In this document: positions 1 to 13,800 of the stretch, piece by piece
Position numbering within the stretch: position 1 is the first letter of the stretch
Layout of the letters: each line of letters opens with the position of its first letter
NCBI GenBank assembly: GCA_040954595.2
Contig: CM082595.2
Span: 6,474,137-6,538,136, forward strand
Length of the DNA stretch: 64,000 nucleotides
Origin: Balanoglossus misakiensis
Lineage: Eukaryota > Animalia > Hemichordata
Direction: 5' to 3'
Translations under genes and position numbers: made by a program
The notes under the pieces: model-generated
Told to the model about the DNA's origin: nothing
Databases searched by the model: none
The model's input: the letters and a program-made list of their open reading frames with translations, nothing else

Positions 1-1055
1 AAAACAAAGAAGAAACATAGCGTTCCCCCATTTTCTTTCATAAAGATCGCCACTTGAATTTTTTCCATGGAGTTAACACAGAGTTAACACACAGACGGCG
101 GCCATTTTGAGTTTCAGAGACAATTTCGCTCTCTCATACAAAATTTCGCTTTGCTACTATTCCCTCCCTTTGAAGACAGTCATAACTGGAAGGCCAGTAT
201 TCTTAAACTCATCGTTGCAATATAAACCCAATAATATCAAATAACTGTAAAATAGAGCAACAGTCGGATCATTTTATTAAACTCGTCGTGCAATCAACAC
301 CACGTGTACACTTACTACAGGGTCAGCCTCGCGCATTCTTCTCGAATCCACACACATCAGAATCAAAATGTTCCCACACATGCAAGGCATCACCGCATGC
401 AGCCAAAACGATGACGCGGAGAACAAACAGATAATGGACATTTGCCGACGGACATATCGATTGAGAGTCAAATTCGGGAGTCACTCCTTTTCTCTCCATT
501 GTATAGCCGCAGTGTTGCTGGTTGCCGTAATTCTCAGAACCAAATTATGTCTTTTGTGTAACCAACGAATTCGACACAGTCAAACGGCATATTTCATTAT
601 GACACCGTACCTTATTTCTATTTATACAAAACTAAATATCAACCTCGCATTACTTTGGAAGTGAAACTCGAAACGATCACTATAATGTCTTTATTGTTTT
701 CTCAGTTCATATCAAAATAGTGTATTGATATTGAATTTTACAATATCTGTCGATTTAAGCCCGTCGCGTTGACTACAACATGTAGCGCACGGCAAATGGC
801 GTCCATTGGCGTTTTCAGGCGGGGGCGATCAAATTAAATGAATCAATTCTTTGGTAAGCGTTAACTTGAAATTTCAAATAAATAAATACACTGAATTTGA
901 AGAAACTGCATGACTTTAATGGGGGAAAATGAAACTAAACGTTTCCTTGTCAAATGTAGTAGTCATTCTCCAGTTCTTTTGAACAATTTAAGAATTCAAA
1001 TTCAATGATAGGCGATTTTCTTAGCATGTGGGCGCAGAGACCGGTAAGATTGGCA

Positions 1056-1215
1056 GAGGGAAAGAGACACAGAGGGGGAGGGGGAGACAGAGAGAGAGAC
1101 AGAGAATGAGACAGACGGACAGAAAGAGAGAAAGAGAGAGACAGAAAAGACAGGAAGAGAGAGTGAGAGAAAGACGGAAAGACAGAAAGACATAGAGAGA
1201 ACACTGGAGAACAAG
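1056..1215. repeat. GA-rich degenerate microsatellite
   Basis: AG/AGAC purine tract. Confidence 0.8.
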
Positions 1216-3190
1216 GAAAACTGTCACCGCTATCCCTACCCTTGCATGTCAGACAGGAGGAGCGACACATAGGCCAGACAGACCGACTGATCTCCCTCGC
1301 CTTCAATAGTCAAGCCCGCCTCTTACTCGTCGCCGAAGGTATAAAAGCGTTGTTTGAAGAACTTAAACTAAAAAATACAGTGCCAAAAATAAGAATAAGT
1401 ATCGATTTCATAGGCCGTTTCGGCGTGACTGATAGCCGTATTTAAACTTAAACTCCTGCTTCAGCGAATTTATATTGCTGATTTTACTTGTAGACACTTT
1501 TTGGGTAAATACTTCATAAACGACAAAGGCAATTACAGCTGCCGTCGTTACAGTATGCAAAAGTTCACCAAATTGCTTGGAAATGGAATTTTCTATTAGG
1601 AATATCCACTTTTAGAAATTTAAACCATTTGTTAACACTGCTGCTATAAATTTTCCTGTCCCCGATTGGCCATTAAAATACAGCAATTACACCAGTCGGC
1701 GATTATACGGCCGTATAGTTAAGGCTTGCGGTGACTGTGTAGGATCATTAGACCAACGCCTGTAGGTTGAGGTATTTAGTGTCTAACGTCTGAATATAGC
1801 TTTACGCTTTCCCGTGGGGTAAAGGTCTTTCTGATCGTAATCGGGGTTATCATTAGTGCGAGCCATAAAATTTACGTCTCGTTCGCCGCTCTCTGCATGC
1901 GCACGCACGCAGAAAAAAAAACAGACAGCCAAGAAAAAGAACGCGAAACAGGGCATAGTCCTCTATACATACGGCATATCCACAACATATGCACAAAGCG
2001 GTTTGGGCATGCGTATTTCAAGACTCTGCTCCACTACGACACTCAAAGCAAGTTTATAATGTAAAGTCACGCTTAATAAAGTCAGATGGCGAAAAAAATA
2101 TATTCATACTAATTAAAATACTTAAAATAGCATATTTTGTGTTTTATCGAATTGCTTGATAATAGATCGATGGGTTATTGTTTCATATGGTTAAATTTTT
2201 ATTACCTATGTTCGTGATTTACTGCTTTTATCAGATGTATAACCAGGTGGTTTGTCAAACGTAGAGTTGTCTTTTCATTACAGCTTCACAGATTTGTTTT
2301 CCCCCGGGGGCGGTTTAAGAGGCTATATTTTCACATATTTTGTATTACTTAGTTTTTTGTTGTTGTTGAATGAACCGAAGTGAGTTGACGCCGTGGCATT
2401 GTTTGCGAGTGGTTTAAAGACGAACACGAATCGATGGTGACAACATCACAAAGACGCGTTTCACGTCAGTAAGCAATATCAAAGGCAGACACGAAAGCAA
2501 TGAGAAGCTTCATTCATTACTGTCATGACGCAAACATGTAGGTCAATACTTACATGTAAGGAAGACCACAAAATATTTGCACAATATGGTCTCCCCGTTC
2601 GACGCAGATGTGAGTCACGACAAAGTTTAATATTCAGGGGAAAATTCCGAGACCTTGGTTATGTGGCGTTATGGGCCAGCCCGCCGCCTTACAATAAAAT
2701 ACCGCATATTGAAACATGCCGAGTATTTACCGCAATATTTGCACTGCAATTATGCCACGCCAAGAATCCATTAAATGGAATGAACCACGCAAAATAAATA
2801 ATGGATGTCATCGTCATTGTAATCAAAGAGTCCAATCGCAAAAAGTGCACAATCTCGGTTGCCATTCATTATTACATTAGCATGGCGGAGGAAAATGAGA
2901 AAACTTGCATCATTTGAGTTGTCTGCAGACGGACAGGCATTCGGCATATCATCGTGCGCTTTCTGTCTCTTTGAAACACTGCCGTTTCCATTCATTCAAC
3001 ATGCGGCAGATATAAGCACCCACATACAGTCCATTTGGCCTTAAGTCTGGAAGCTGCGTTATTGCAATTTAAGTTGACTACAGTATTGAAGCAATTTCGG
3101 CCTTCATCAGAAGAAATCACCACTTGTTCTGACAATTGGTAATGTCTTTGTGACTACTACATGCGTATGTATGCGTGGATACGTGTGGTC

Positions 3191-3356
3191 TACATACATA
3201 CATACATACATACATACGTACGTACGTACGTACGACGTACATACATACATACATACATACATACATACATACATACATACATACATACATACATACATAC
3301 ATACATACATACATACATACATACATACATACATACATACATGTACATACATACAT
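3191..3356. repeat. (TACA)n microsatellite with a (TACG) interruption
   Basis: Direct reading. Confidence 0.95.
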
Positions 3357-4286
3357 ATTAGAATTTATTTCATAGCTTTATTGACGATCATACATTCGAT
3401 GGTTTTCTCATACGTAAAATGTACATTGTTTGAACTCTTTTATCACATTCTTTCAGCAGCTGTTGGGTCAATGGAAGAGAATATTTGTCATTACCAGATG
3501 TTGCCCCCTAAAATAGAGCCATCACATAACGTACCGGTTTTATAATCTTTCGTTTATTTTGATATCCGTTGATTTCTGGAACAACAAACTTTAGGCCGAA
3601 CAAAAATGTTCTGTTACTGACCTCATTTTACATCTAGCTGTCGAGCCAGGATTTTGTTTACAAATTATTGGCGGGTGTAGCAAAAATAAAATTAAAGGAA
3701 ATCTAACAGCACTATTGTCATTTTGTTCTTGTTGGTTTTTATTAAACAAATGTTCATAGCTATATCATGTTTTGCATTGGCACTTTAAAACATCTACTAG
3801 AAAAGCATATTTTTTGCAACTTAGATGTCCTTTTTTAAAAATTCAAATGAAATGTTTGTTCTTGGACATGTTTGTGAAAAATTGAAAGTTCCTCGGCTGA
3901 TGGCGTGGGAAAATGCGAATTAATGGCCGAGTTAACCATTCCAACATTGCCATATGTTCCTCTTATTGGACTTCCAGTCCGAACCACAGAAGCACAAATT
4001 GGACATTCTGTTGTGAAAATCCTGCTTGCATGTGTTTTCGGTGGCTTATCCACAACACGTCGTTGAATAAAAACTGATCCAACAGTGGTTTTAATTGGAA
4101 TGTAATAATAAAGGAACGTCACACATTCACGCTGGCGTAATCTCAAGGATGCGAATAAGCTGATCAGTCCGCATTACTACCTTCGTTATCACAGAATGAT
4201 GTAGCATGCTTAACTTTTTTCAACAACATAGTTACAAGCTCATGACTCAGTGTTTTTTCTGCCATAAAATATACTGCTGGAATATT

Positions 4287-4299
4287 CTGTGTCTGTCTA

Positions 4300-4354
<55 letters not shown>

Positions 4355-4378
4355 GTCTGTCTGTCTGCTTGTCTGTCC
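4287..4378. repeat. (TCTG)n microsatellite
   Basis: Direct reading. Confidence 0.95.
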
Positions 4379-6101
4379 GAGTCCGACTGGTAGGCTGGCT
4401 TGCAGTCTGGCTGTCTCTGCTTACATAGTAAATATTTCAATTCGATTTTTTGCGAAGAAACCTTCACCTATAACTAGCTAAATGCAATCTTTTACATTTT
4501 TGTCCCTTATATATTTTAAACACAAAGAATGGTGACTGTAAACATACACGGATTTTACGGGCAATTGGTGACTTAAACAGACATACCCTTTAGGGTATGT
4601 AGTGACAAAGTGTCTCGCCGTAGACTCTGGGTTGTCTTTGCACTCATGCGCACTCTGTGATTGATGTCGAGTGGAACATTCGCCCGTAATCAGTAACTAC
4701 AACATCGTCATAATATTTCTTGAGTTATCTCTTATGAAAGGAATGAATGCCAACTTTTTTCTGGTCATAAACTAGCACAGGTTGCCTTTTTACTTCACAA
4801 AAAGATTTACAGGTAGCGCCAGGAGATCAGAATCTGCATATCAACACCGCGCGTAATGGTTTCGCCGATAAATTTGCCAATAGTTTACTCCTCTACAATG
4901 TCCTATTGTGTTTTGATTGGCAGGTTTTTTGCATTCTGTTGTAAGCCTACACTTTGCCCCGGAAAATGATCTTTTCTGTCATTTTCCCGCGGAATATGAG
5001 TAGATGTGCACGTATGACTTCTTGAATGCTGGTTAATGACTCCGCCTGGCATCGGGCATGGGGTCAAATAGGGAAGGTGACTTTGTGACATTTTGAAGTG
5101 TACCAGTCATTTAATTCTCAGAATGATATCTTTCGGGTAAATTTGGGGTGAAGATTTTTGTCTGTATCACAGCAATCTCACCTGCCTATATAAACTAATA
5201 TCTCATTCATTTTACTTCAGACATGATTAAAATATCCATAGGGTAAAGATAAAACATGAAAAAATTACAACGTAATGTCAAGCACCAAATCTACATAAAA
5301 TTAGAAATATTACAGGTCAAGAATTTAAAAGGTCTTAAAAAGTAAAAAGTCTGAATTGTGTGATATAGTAGCCTACCCCGGTAAAATAGCAACACGAAAT
5401 CACGAGTGTCAGACCTCAGCAAAATCTTCAAATGGCCATTGTCTGTACATTGGAGTCTACGAACAAGTAAGCTTACACACCAATTTTCTTCCTTAAAATG
5501 GTTGAAATTTTCTGCAAATGCAGATACTAGCATAATACATCCGATCTTGACAAAATTTTCAGACTCCATACTCGTCAGTTGCGTCAAGAGCAACAGCTTT
5601 TCCGCCGTGATCTCGTTTGCACGCGTAAAGTCACGCAGGGCCTTACGAGTGACTTGCCCAATATCGAGCCAATGAGAGAGCGCGCCCTATTTGGCGCAAA
5701 GATACATTCATTTCCGGTATTCTCAGTTACAAAATGGCGAAATGTAAATAAGCTAATTGTATGTTAGTAAGCTGTGCGTCGTGAGATTTATAAATTTAAC
5801 ACTATCAGTAAATACTAAATCCCTACACACGACAAATAAATTGAAAGCACAAGAAAACGGTGCTTGCGCAATGAACAGCTATAGGGTTTAGTATAGTTGA
5901 CGACACGCTCCGATTCCGTATGCTTGGTGAGATTTTCAAGCTTTCGTTTTACAAAGTATGGCCGGTGGCCATGATTTCTGACTTGCATAAAATTTGCATA
6001 GTTTTTACACGTTTGTAAGTTGCAGTCTCACAGGCAAATGATCAAGGATTCGGCTTATAAATAAATTACTAGACTGTCGTTACTTGCCTAGTTAGTTATC
6101 C

Positions 6102-6104
<3 letters not shown>

Positions 6105-6170
<66 letters not shown>

Positions 6171-6195
6171 GCCCTTCTCCTCTCTCTCTCTCTCT
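6105..6195. repeat. (CT)n microsatellite
   Basis: Direct reading. Confidence 0.95.
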
Positions 6196-7699
6196 AATAT
6201 GTCTCTGTCATCAGTTGTATGAACAAAGTAAACGCGTTGGAAAATTCTCTTTCGCAATGTACATCTTGAATTATGTTGCGTGTGCGGCAACATCATAAAA
6301 AGAAAGAGAAAATGCTGATGAAAATAAGCAGATAAATATCAGGGTATGAAGTCCTAGGGAGATGGACTATTCGTACCACAAAAGAAAAGACTCCTTAGTT
6401 TAAGGGACATTAAATTGTTACAGATATATGATATCTCTGCAGAAAAGCCTTATAGATAGAGGATACGACAATTCATGATATTATGTCACACTGCCATGGG
6501 GAAAGGATTTGATATTTGGTCAATTAACCCCGTCTCCCCCTATTTTCTTATTCACAGGTCGGAACTCACAAAGGAAAACCAGAAATCTGAACCAAAAGCA
6601 AGCAGCTACGTCACTCTATCGAACTGCCCTGTCAGTACTGATCGGTAAGCTTCTTTTTGGGGGAGGGGTCCGATATAACTTTATACCCCACCAAAAATAT
6701 CGTCGCAAATGGACATGAACACATCGGACAATGTCTCGACGAGCCCTTCTTTCTGCTTGTAATACAGACATTGTCATTAATCGAGTGAATCTTTTCTTGG
6801 AGTTGTTAAGATGCTCCTATGAGAAGACGCCTTACAAAAAAATTCTTTGGACAGCTTAGATTAAGCCTACACATTACCATTTCCATTTCTCAAAAATGGA
6901 ACCTCAATTTTCTGATTTCTAAAGCCTATAGACGACTACAGCGACCCACACTAAGTAGGATTGATGGAATCGCCATGGTTACATTTCAAAGCAGAGCTCC
7001 GCCATGTTTTCCCGACAGTTCCTCCTCACGATGCGCTCATTGTGCGGCGAACTCGTTTTCGTAATTAGACGTGCGGGCGGTGCGCTGTCGATGATCTTAA
7101 CTATATCTCAATGTACACCGTCGACAATACCGGTAACTAGGGGGAACCACTGCTTTAGAAAATTGTTTCACTTTTTTATTCGACTTGCATTGTGAGCGAA
7201 CGAAATCGGGCCTGGTGTCCTACGTGTCTGTGTGTGTATGTGCGTATGTATCTGTATGTATGTATGTATGAATGTATGTATGTATGTATGTGTAACAGTA
7301 TGCATGTACATGTTGTATGTATATATGTGTATGTGTGCCACAGAGAACTACTCAAAGTTTGTTGGCGTCACGAACAGGATGATGATAAAACCATCAGTCG
7401 TCAGATAAAATACATTATGAAATATTTATTTGCCGCCAGATTCTGATAACAAACGATTACGGTATAAATCTTTCAAGACATTTCTGATCCTGACATTATA
7501 ATTAGATTTTTTGTTCATGTGATAGCAATTCGAGATCCTCTTGGTATTTTGTCATCAACCTAATATCTGCTTCAATGATATACAATCCATACACTTTTTG
7601 ATCCATATCTCTGTGGTCGTCGTTTTGTTATGTTTACCTGGAAATGCTTTTATTCTTCTGTGTGTACGATAGTCCATAAAGCTTTGAAGTAAACATGTA

Positions 7700-7722
7700 T
7701 GTCTACTATGTATGTATGTATG

Positions 7723-7756
<34 letters not shown>

Positions 7757-7799
7757 TGTATGTATGTATGTATGTATGTATGTATGTATGTATGTATGT

Positions 7800-7838
<39 letters not shown>

Positions 7839-7863
7839 GATGGATGGATGGATGGATGGATGG

Positions 7864-7897
<34 letters not shown>

Positions 7898-7905
7898 ATG
7901 TATGT

Positions 7906-7944
<39 letters not shown>

Positions 7945-8028
7945 GATGGATGGATGGATGGATGTGTGTGTGTGTATGTATGTATGTATGTATGTATGTA
8001 TGTATGTATGTATGTATGTATGTATATG
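7700..8028. repeat. Compound (TATG)n/(TG)n/(TGGA)n microsatellite
   Basis: Direct reading; the TG-TATG-TGGA-TG block occurs twice. Confidence 0.95.
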
Positions 8029-9779
8029 TCTTTGTAGGCTAAGTCATATTTTTATCCATATGTAGTCTATCCATTCACCCATATGTCTGTATGTCTGTCT
8101 GTCCACTTCTTGACAACGTTCGAGAAGCTATCGTTGTCAGATCAAAAACTCTATTAGTCCTAATTACCATATTTTTTTACATTGCAGTGTCCCTTAAACA
8201 GATGAAAGTACGTGGGTTAAAGATTTTAATGGTGATAATCGCTGATTCCGACATATTTGTGACGATTTGATCATGGTTCTTATAGAATTGAGGAGATTGA
8301 ACTGGCGCCCTGTCAGTCTTCAATGTGACAATGTTTAGCGTATGACAAGATTCAGACTTCAACACGATTTAAATGGCCGATCATTGCAAGCTTAATGCAC
8401 TCTTTACCTACCTACCTACCTACCTATATGTCTGTTTGTCCATCTGTCCGTCTGTCTGTCTGTCTCTGCCCGTCCGTCCATCCTCCCAGCCATACCCCAA
8501 CCCAGACACCCACCCACCCACCCACATACCCCCCCCCCTCTTTGTTATTTTCACCACACTATTACTGCCAACAACGCTACTGGTGTTTATATTAATGCTC
8601 GGGTCACGATGTTCCCACTGACGAACAAAATAATAAGTCCCTCTGACGTCAAGAACTTGAACAAGCTTACAAAGGCCGTTGAATGGTATTTTGTAAAAAT
8701 CAATTTCCCTTTCCGAAAACAGGACTCATATTGGATTAAAATATACATTTCCAACGCTTTCTGTCTGCACACCATTCATACACGAACAAAGAGCTACATC
8801 ACAACTTACTCCATATCAAGCAAAAGTTATGAATTACACTAGAAAATTGGGTTTCAACTATTAAGGGTCAGCTGTCGTTTACAGCGAGTTCTGTATTTAC
8901 TTTACATTTCTGATATTCTTTTGTCAATATTATCAATGTCATATTGAGTGAATCAGTAAGTTACTTGAGCAGGCAGGCAGTCAGTCAGTCAGTGAACCTT
9001 GGTGGGTTTTGAGTTCTTTGTGTGTTTTCTCCTCTCATCAATCAAATATTAACTGCAAATCACCTTTAATTGAATATTCCATTTACACTAAATCATAAAA
9101 GCTTTCTGTGTGAAAGAGATCAATTAAAATCTCCCCTCCCGGATCCTCGAATGCCCCTCTCATTGACTTTCTCTAAATAAAATGTGTTGGCCTAGACCTA
9201 TATGATGTAAGAGCAAGGTGAACGTACAATAATCTGATTTGTGACACACTAGTACACATGCAATGTGATGAAAGAAACATACTGTCATGTTGAGTACTTA
9301 TGACGATACTGTGCCCTGGACTGTCTACATGTTTTCTAGCTATGCAGATTAAAAATGGTGCTCCTTGGCGATTTACTAACTTCAAATGATTTGTTTTTGT
9401 GCAGGTTAGACAAAATTAATATTGCCAAAGGGACAGGCACTTCAATGGGCTTCACACGAGTGGTCAATCATTTGAGTTTCACAGCGTCCTCTCTGGCAGA
9501 ATTGTTCGTTTCAGTTGGGTCGACGTACCCAAAAGAACCGCGTATTTCTTTGGTTGAGGGCAGAAGACTAGGAAAAAGAAAGTTGAGTCAACACACCAAG
9601 CCAAGTTTTATTGCTCAAACTATTATTGATTGTGATTTTGGTTCGTCGTTTTGGTGATTTTACACTTTCAAAATCACATAGGCCTATAGTTGCTATCGTT
9701 TGAAATCAAGATACTGTGCTAATAGGACAGACAGACAGACGGACGGGAAATAAAGTCGATAGGATAAGGAGCTAAATAC

Positions 9780-10070
9780 TTAAAGTCCGCGTACGCCTCA
9801 TATAAGTTTTCGTCACGCACCAATGATCCGAGACACAATACGAATCTGAGTAAGCAGGCAATCCGAGACACAATACGAATCTGAATAGGAAGGCGATCCT
9901 GATTTTCCACAGTGGAGGAACTGGACAGCGGTGTGCGAACAACCAAACCGTAATCCGTACGTAGCTGACGTTGACTGTTTGTGTCATTATCACAATGTGG
10001 CTGTGGTGTCCCGTCGAAGTTTTATCATGACAACAGCTCACATTGATCCGTACAGAGAACCTCCTTTCAG
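9780..10070 (+). promoter_or_regulatory. Putative promoter and non-coding first exon of ATPase paralogue 1
   Basis: Locally CpG-rich, CCAAT at 9820, consensus donor CAG|GTAAG at 10070/10071, and an acceptor at 10793 or 10800 just upstream of ATG 10819. Confidence 0.45.
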
Positions 10071-10818
10071 GTAAGAAGACGTCTTTCATGGCTCCACAAC
10101 ATAGATAGTCTCTTGTCCACCAGTAACGTACAAAGTTGTCTACTCACAGCGAATGTCTGACTGTAACTAGTGGCCTTCCGGTTTTCATTCATCGACCGCC
10201 TGACAGCTCACTGTTTACGTGGTACACGATGTGAGCACTTAGTTTCTGTGTAACTATAAGATTACGCTAGACGACCAAACGGGTTCGTTTTTGTCCCCGA
10301 CGCATTTCCAACAGTCTTACAAATGTGTAATTGTGGGCGTGTCTTTCTCGTCACCCATAGCTATTTAGGGTTTCTAAAGCCATGTACACGTTTCAGGCCA
10401 GAAACTAACATGACGGTATCGTCCCTTCTTCGCGTGGTAGACTTCTTAGTTCTTCGGTACGTTCACACCATCCGAGTATCCTTGACTCAAAATTCCGAAA
10501 GCTATGCTTGTTTCTAGAGAATACATTGGCCCATTATTTACGTGTACCATCATATTATCTGCCTTGTACTATTACTGAACCCTCAACCTAAAATTAGCCG
10601 CATTTTAATGTGTGTCCTGGATTGCACTATGGTCCTTGTACATGTATATCATCTACAATTTATCTTCCACAGATGTGTACATGCATGCCTTCCAGCCAGT
10701 GATTGAGCCTGTTTTCAGTCAAAAGAAATTAAATACTATCAAAATTGATTATTACAAACTAAAATATTCTTGTTTTTCTGTATTAATTGACAGATAGCAG
10801 GGTGTTGAATTATTCACG

Positions 10819-13800
10819 ATGAACTCTAAACGGAACAACTACAACCCCATGGATGACTATTCTGTTGTCCTCAATGAGGGTTGTGAGGATGAATTGGTAA
10901 GTCCTACATGCCCCTCCTGTCAATCCTGTGACACCCCATCCCTTAGCATTGGCCTGACTTCATTGTTAAAGGGAAAAAGTCTCTCTCTCACTGCCCTTTT
11001 CCCATTATGTTTGATACTTCCATCCCGTTTGTAGGATATAAGAGTAAAAATCTCACCGAAATGAATAAATGGTAAACACCGATTATTCATTTTGGCGAGT
11101 TTTTCATTCTCATGTCTACAAGTGGGATGGAAGTTGTGTGTGGTTGAACGTTGATTCACTACATGTATATATCCACATGTAGAAGAATAACATAAACGGT
11201 GTCTTGTATCAAACATAATTAATGAAAAAAGGGCAGCCAGAGAGAGACTTTGTTCCTTTAAATGGGAGTAATTTATAGCAGGTGAATATTGGAATGAAAC
11301 CAGTCCAGACAAGACATGCCACAGTAGAAAGTAAATGTTGATTGTGCATTACATTATACATGTAAATAGCACTAGAGTACTTGCAAGGAAGGATTCAGAC
11401 GGTTACTTCTTATTATACACCCAAAATTATGGTTAGAGCCAGGATCGTGGTAACTCTTCATTCCATTTTAAGCAAAGCTGTCATCCTTTGAAAAATTCAC
11501 CCCGTGTAGCTGAACCTGTTTACTAAGTATATCACTGAAAACCTGACAATATGGTTGCACACTGATCATTGTTTATGCTGCACTCACAGAACTGCCTCTC
11601 TCTGTCGCTGAGCAACAGGCGTCTGAAAATGAATGACTCTCTGAAAAGAATGTGTGAAAAAGTTAATAAATTGGGTCATTATTTTTGGCAGCCCCGGGGT
11701 AAACTGTGATGGCGATGGTTGGCAGTCGTTCTGTGAATCTGCACATGTAACCTTGAAATGATTGCGTGTCTCTCTTCAATATTGTGACGTGTATGTGCAA
11801 TAGACACCATAGATGTAGAGTACAGTACAGATTAAGTGTTTGAGACCAAGGCTGTTTAGCATGATCATATCCATGGCCACCAATCAGAACAACATAAACT
11901 ACATCAGTGTTCTCCCCAGGAATTTCTAATACAGTATCGGCTAATTTGCATAACATTATACAGTCAAACCTGTGTATAGTGGCCAGTCAAGGGACTTTCA
12001 TAAACTGGCCTTTATAGACAGGTGGTCTTTATAGAGAGGTCAATTAATGCACATGTGAATTGCACAGGGACTGTAACATAGTGGCCACTATATAGAGGTG
12101 GTCACTAACACAGCTTTGACTGTACTTAGTTGTTTGGAAGTGCTAAACATCTGTGAGAAAATAACTACTTTCATTTTTTTTCTGAAAATAAATGTGAGCT
12201 CCATTGTACAGTAGCAGCAGACAACTCGATTCAGTCTGACCGTATGTCCTCTGCAATTTTCTCTATTAATAGATAAAACATGCACCAGAAAAGAAATTAC
12301 AGACATCGCTATCAGTTTCAGGAATTTTCCCAGTACATGTGCTTGAACCGCGTCCTGATAGATTGTCATCACACAAAAATGATCAGTTTTCAAAATTATT
12401 GATTACTGGGACCTCACAGTCACAGAGAACAAAGAGTTTGTCACATGTCAATGGGTTTCATCCATCCGTAGCTGTACAGCTGCGAGTGTCAGCTGACTGA
12501 GTATCAGTTACGGATGTTAATACCATGCATTTTAATTTAATTTTTATACATATTTCATATAATTATGCAATGTATTATGTCGTGCAGTTAGTTACCATTG
12601 CAAATTTTCCAAAAAAATTGCCATTTTAGAGTATAATGTGTGCTGCATTGAATTGTCGTGTACAATGTAAGGGTTTACGACCTTTTATTTTTAATTAAAG
12701 CCCGACCTTATGGTAACTACTGAATTAAAAACTTTATTTTCGCGAGCAATAAATTTTCGCAAAAATGCGCGAGAGCCAAAATAGCGTGAAAATAAAACGT
12801 CGCGTAAATTTTTTTTGAGGATAACGATGCAGTGAATGAAATAAGAGAATTAATACTTGCGAAACAGTGGCCTCTCTCGATATCGCGAAAATTTTAACTC
12901 GCCAAAATAAAGTGTTTTACAGTAAATCACAGATGTGACCCACACATTGGTATACCTTACATACAGAGAATAAACTTTTTAATATATATACTTTTTTTTC
13001 CAGATCTGCAAAGGATATAAATCAAATCATTTCAAAGAAGCAATATTTTATCTTTTGACTGGGCTATCACTTGGATTACTTCTGTTGATGTTTCACTGGA
13101 AACCAGAATGGGGTTTGTGGTTCCGATATTCCAAATGTCCCCTCAGACATGCAGAAGCTGTGATTCTTGTAGTAAGTACTGCTCATCCTTGAGGGTCAGT
13201 CATTAATAAATAATAATAATAATAATAATAATATTTATTTCTTATATAGCGCATTACATAATGGTATAAAATCCTAATGCGCTTTACAACATGATAAAAT
13301 GTACACTAAATTTGTAATAAAAAAAAATTACACAAGCTAAAAAATTCAACATAAAAATGCTAAAAGAGGTATATAAAAGTTGCAAAATGTGTAAAAGAAT
13401 TAGTGGATGGGTTTTAAGTTGTATTTTAAAAGAAGACGGGGACGGCATAAGGGGCAGGTGTCTTTAAACCAAAATATGCAAACAAAGTGAACAATGTGGA
13501 AACAGTCAAAATTGATAATGTTTCGTGCATCAGTAGAGTTTTACAGAACACTGCATTTTTTCAGAATTTTCCTGACAATCCAAGCTAGGCCAATACATGT
13601 ATGCCTGAAATATTCCAGTTTTGACATCACTGACTTGTTATTTTTTTTTTCAGAATCTCGATGGACAAATACATGCTGAGTACATCTACACCAAGTTGGT
13701 TGAAGAGTCGGGGTTGGTCAGCATCAAACATGGGTACGTTGACAGATTTGGTTTATTGGGGAAAATCACTGAGAAACGCAGAACATGGGGGTGTAGGTAG

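Noticed and set aside
277-500. Possible minus-strand first exon with a gtaagt donor near 315
   Set aside because: No recognisable protein similarity and no downstream exons within the window to test phase.
4500-7200. CpG-rich stretches that look like DNA-transposon interiors
   Set aside because: I could not pair termini or identify coding remnants by eye, so they are left unannotated.
3107-8065. MYVC/YIHT/LSVC/ERER repeat ORFs
   Set aside because: These are translations of tetranucleotide and dinucleotide microsatellites.
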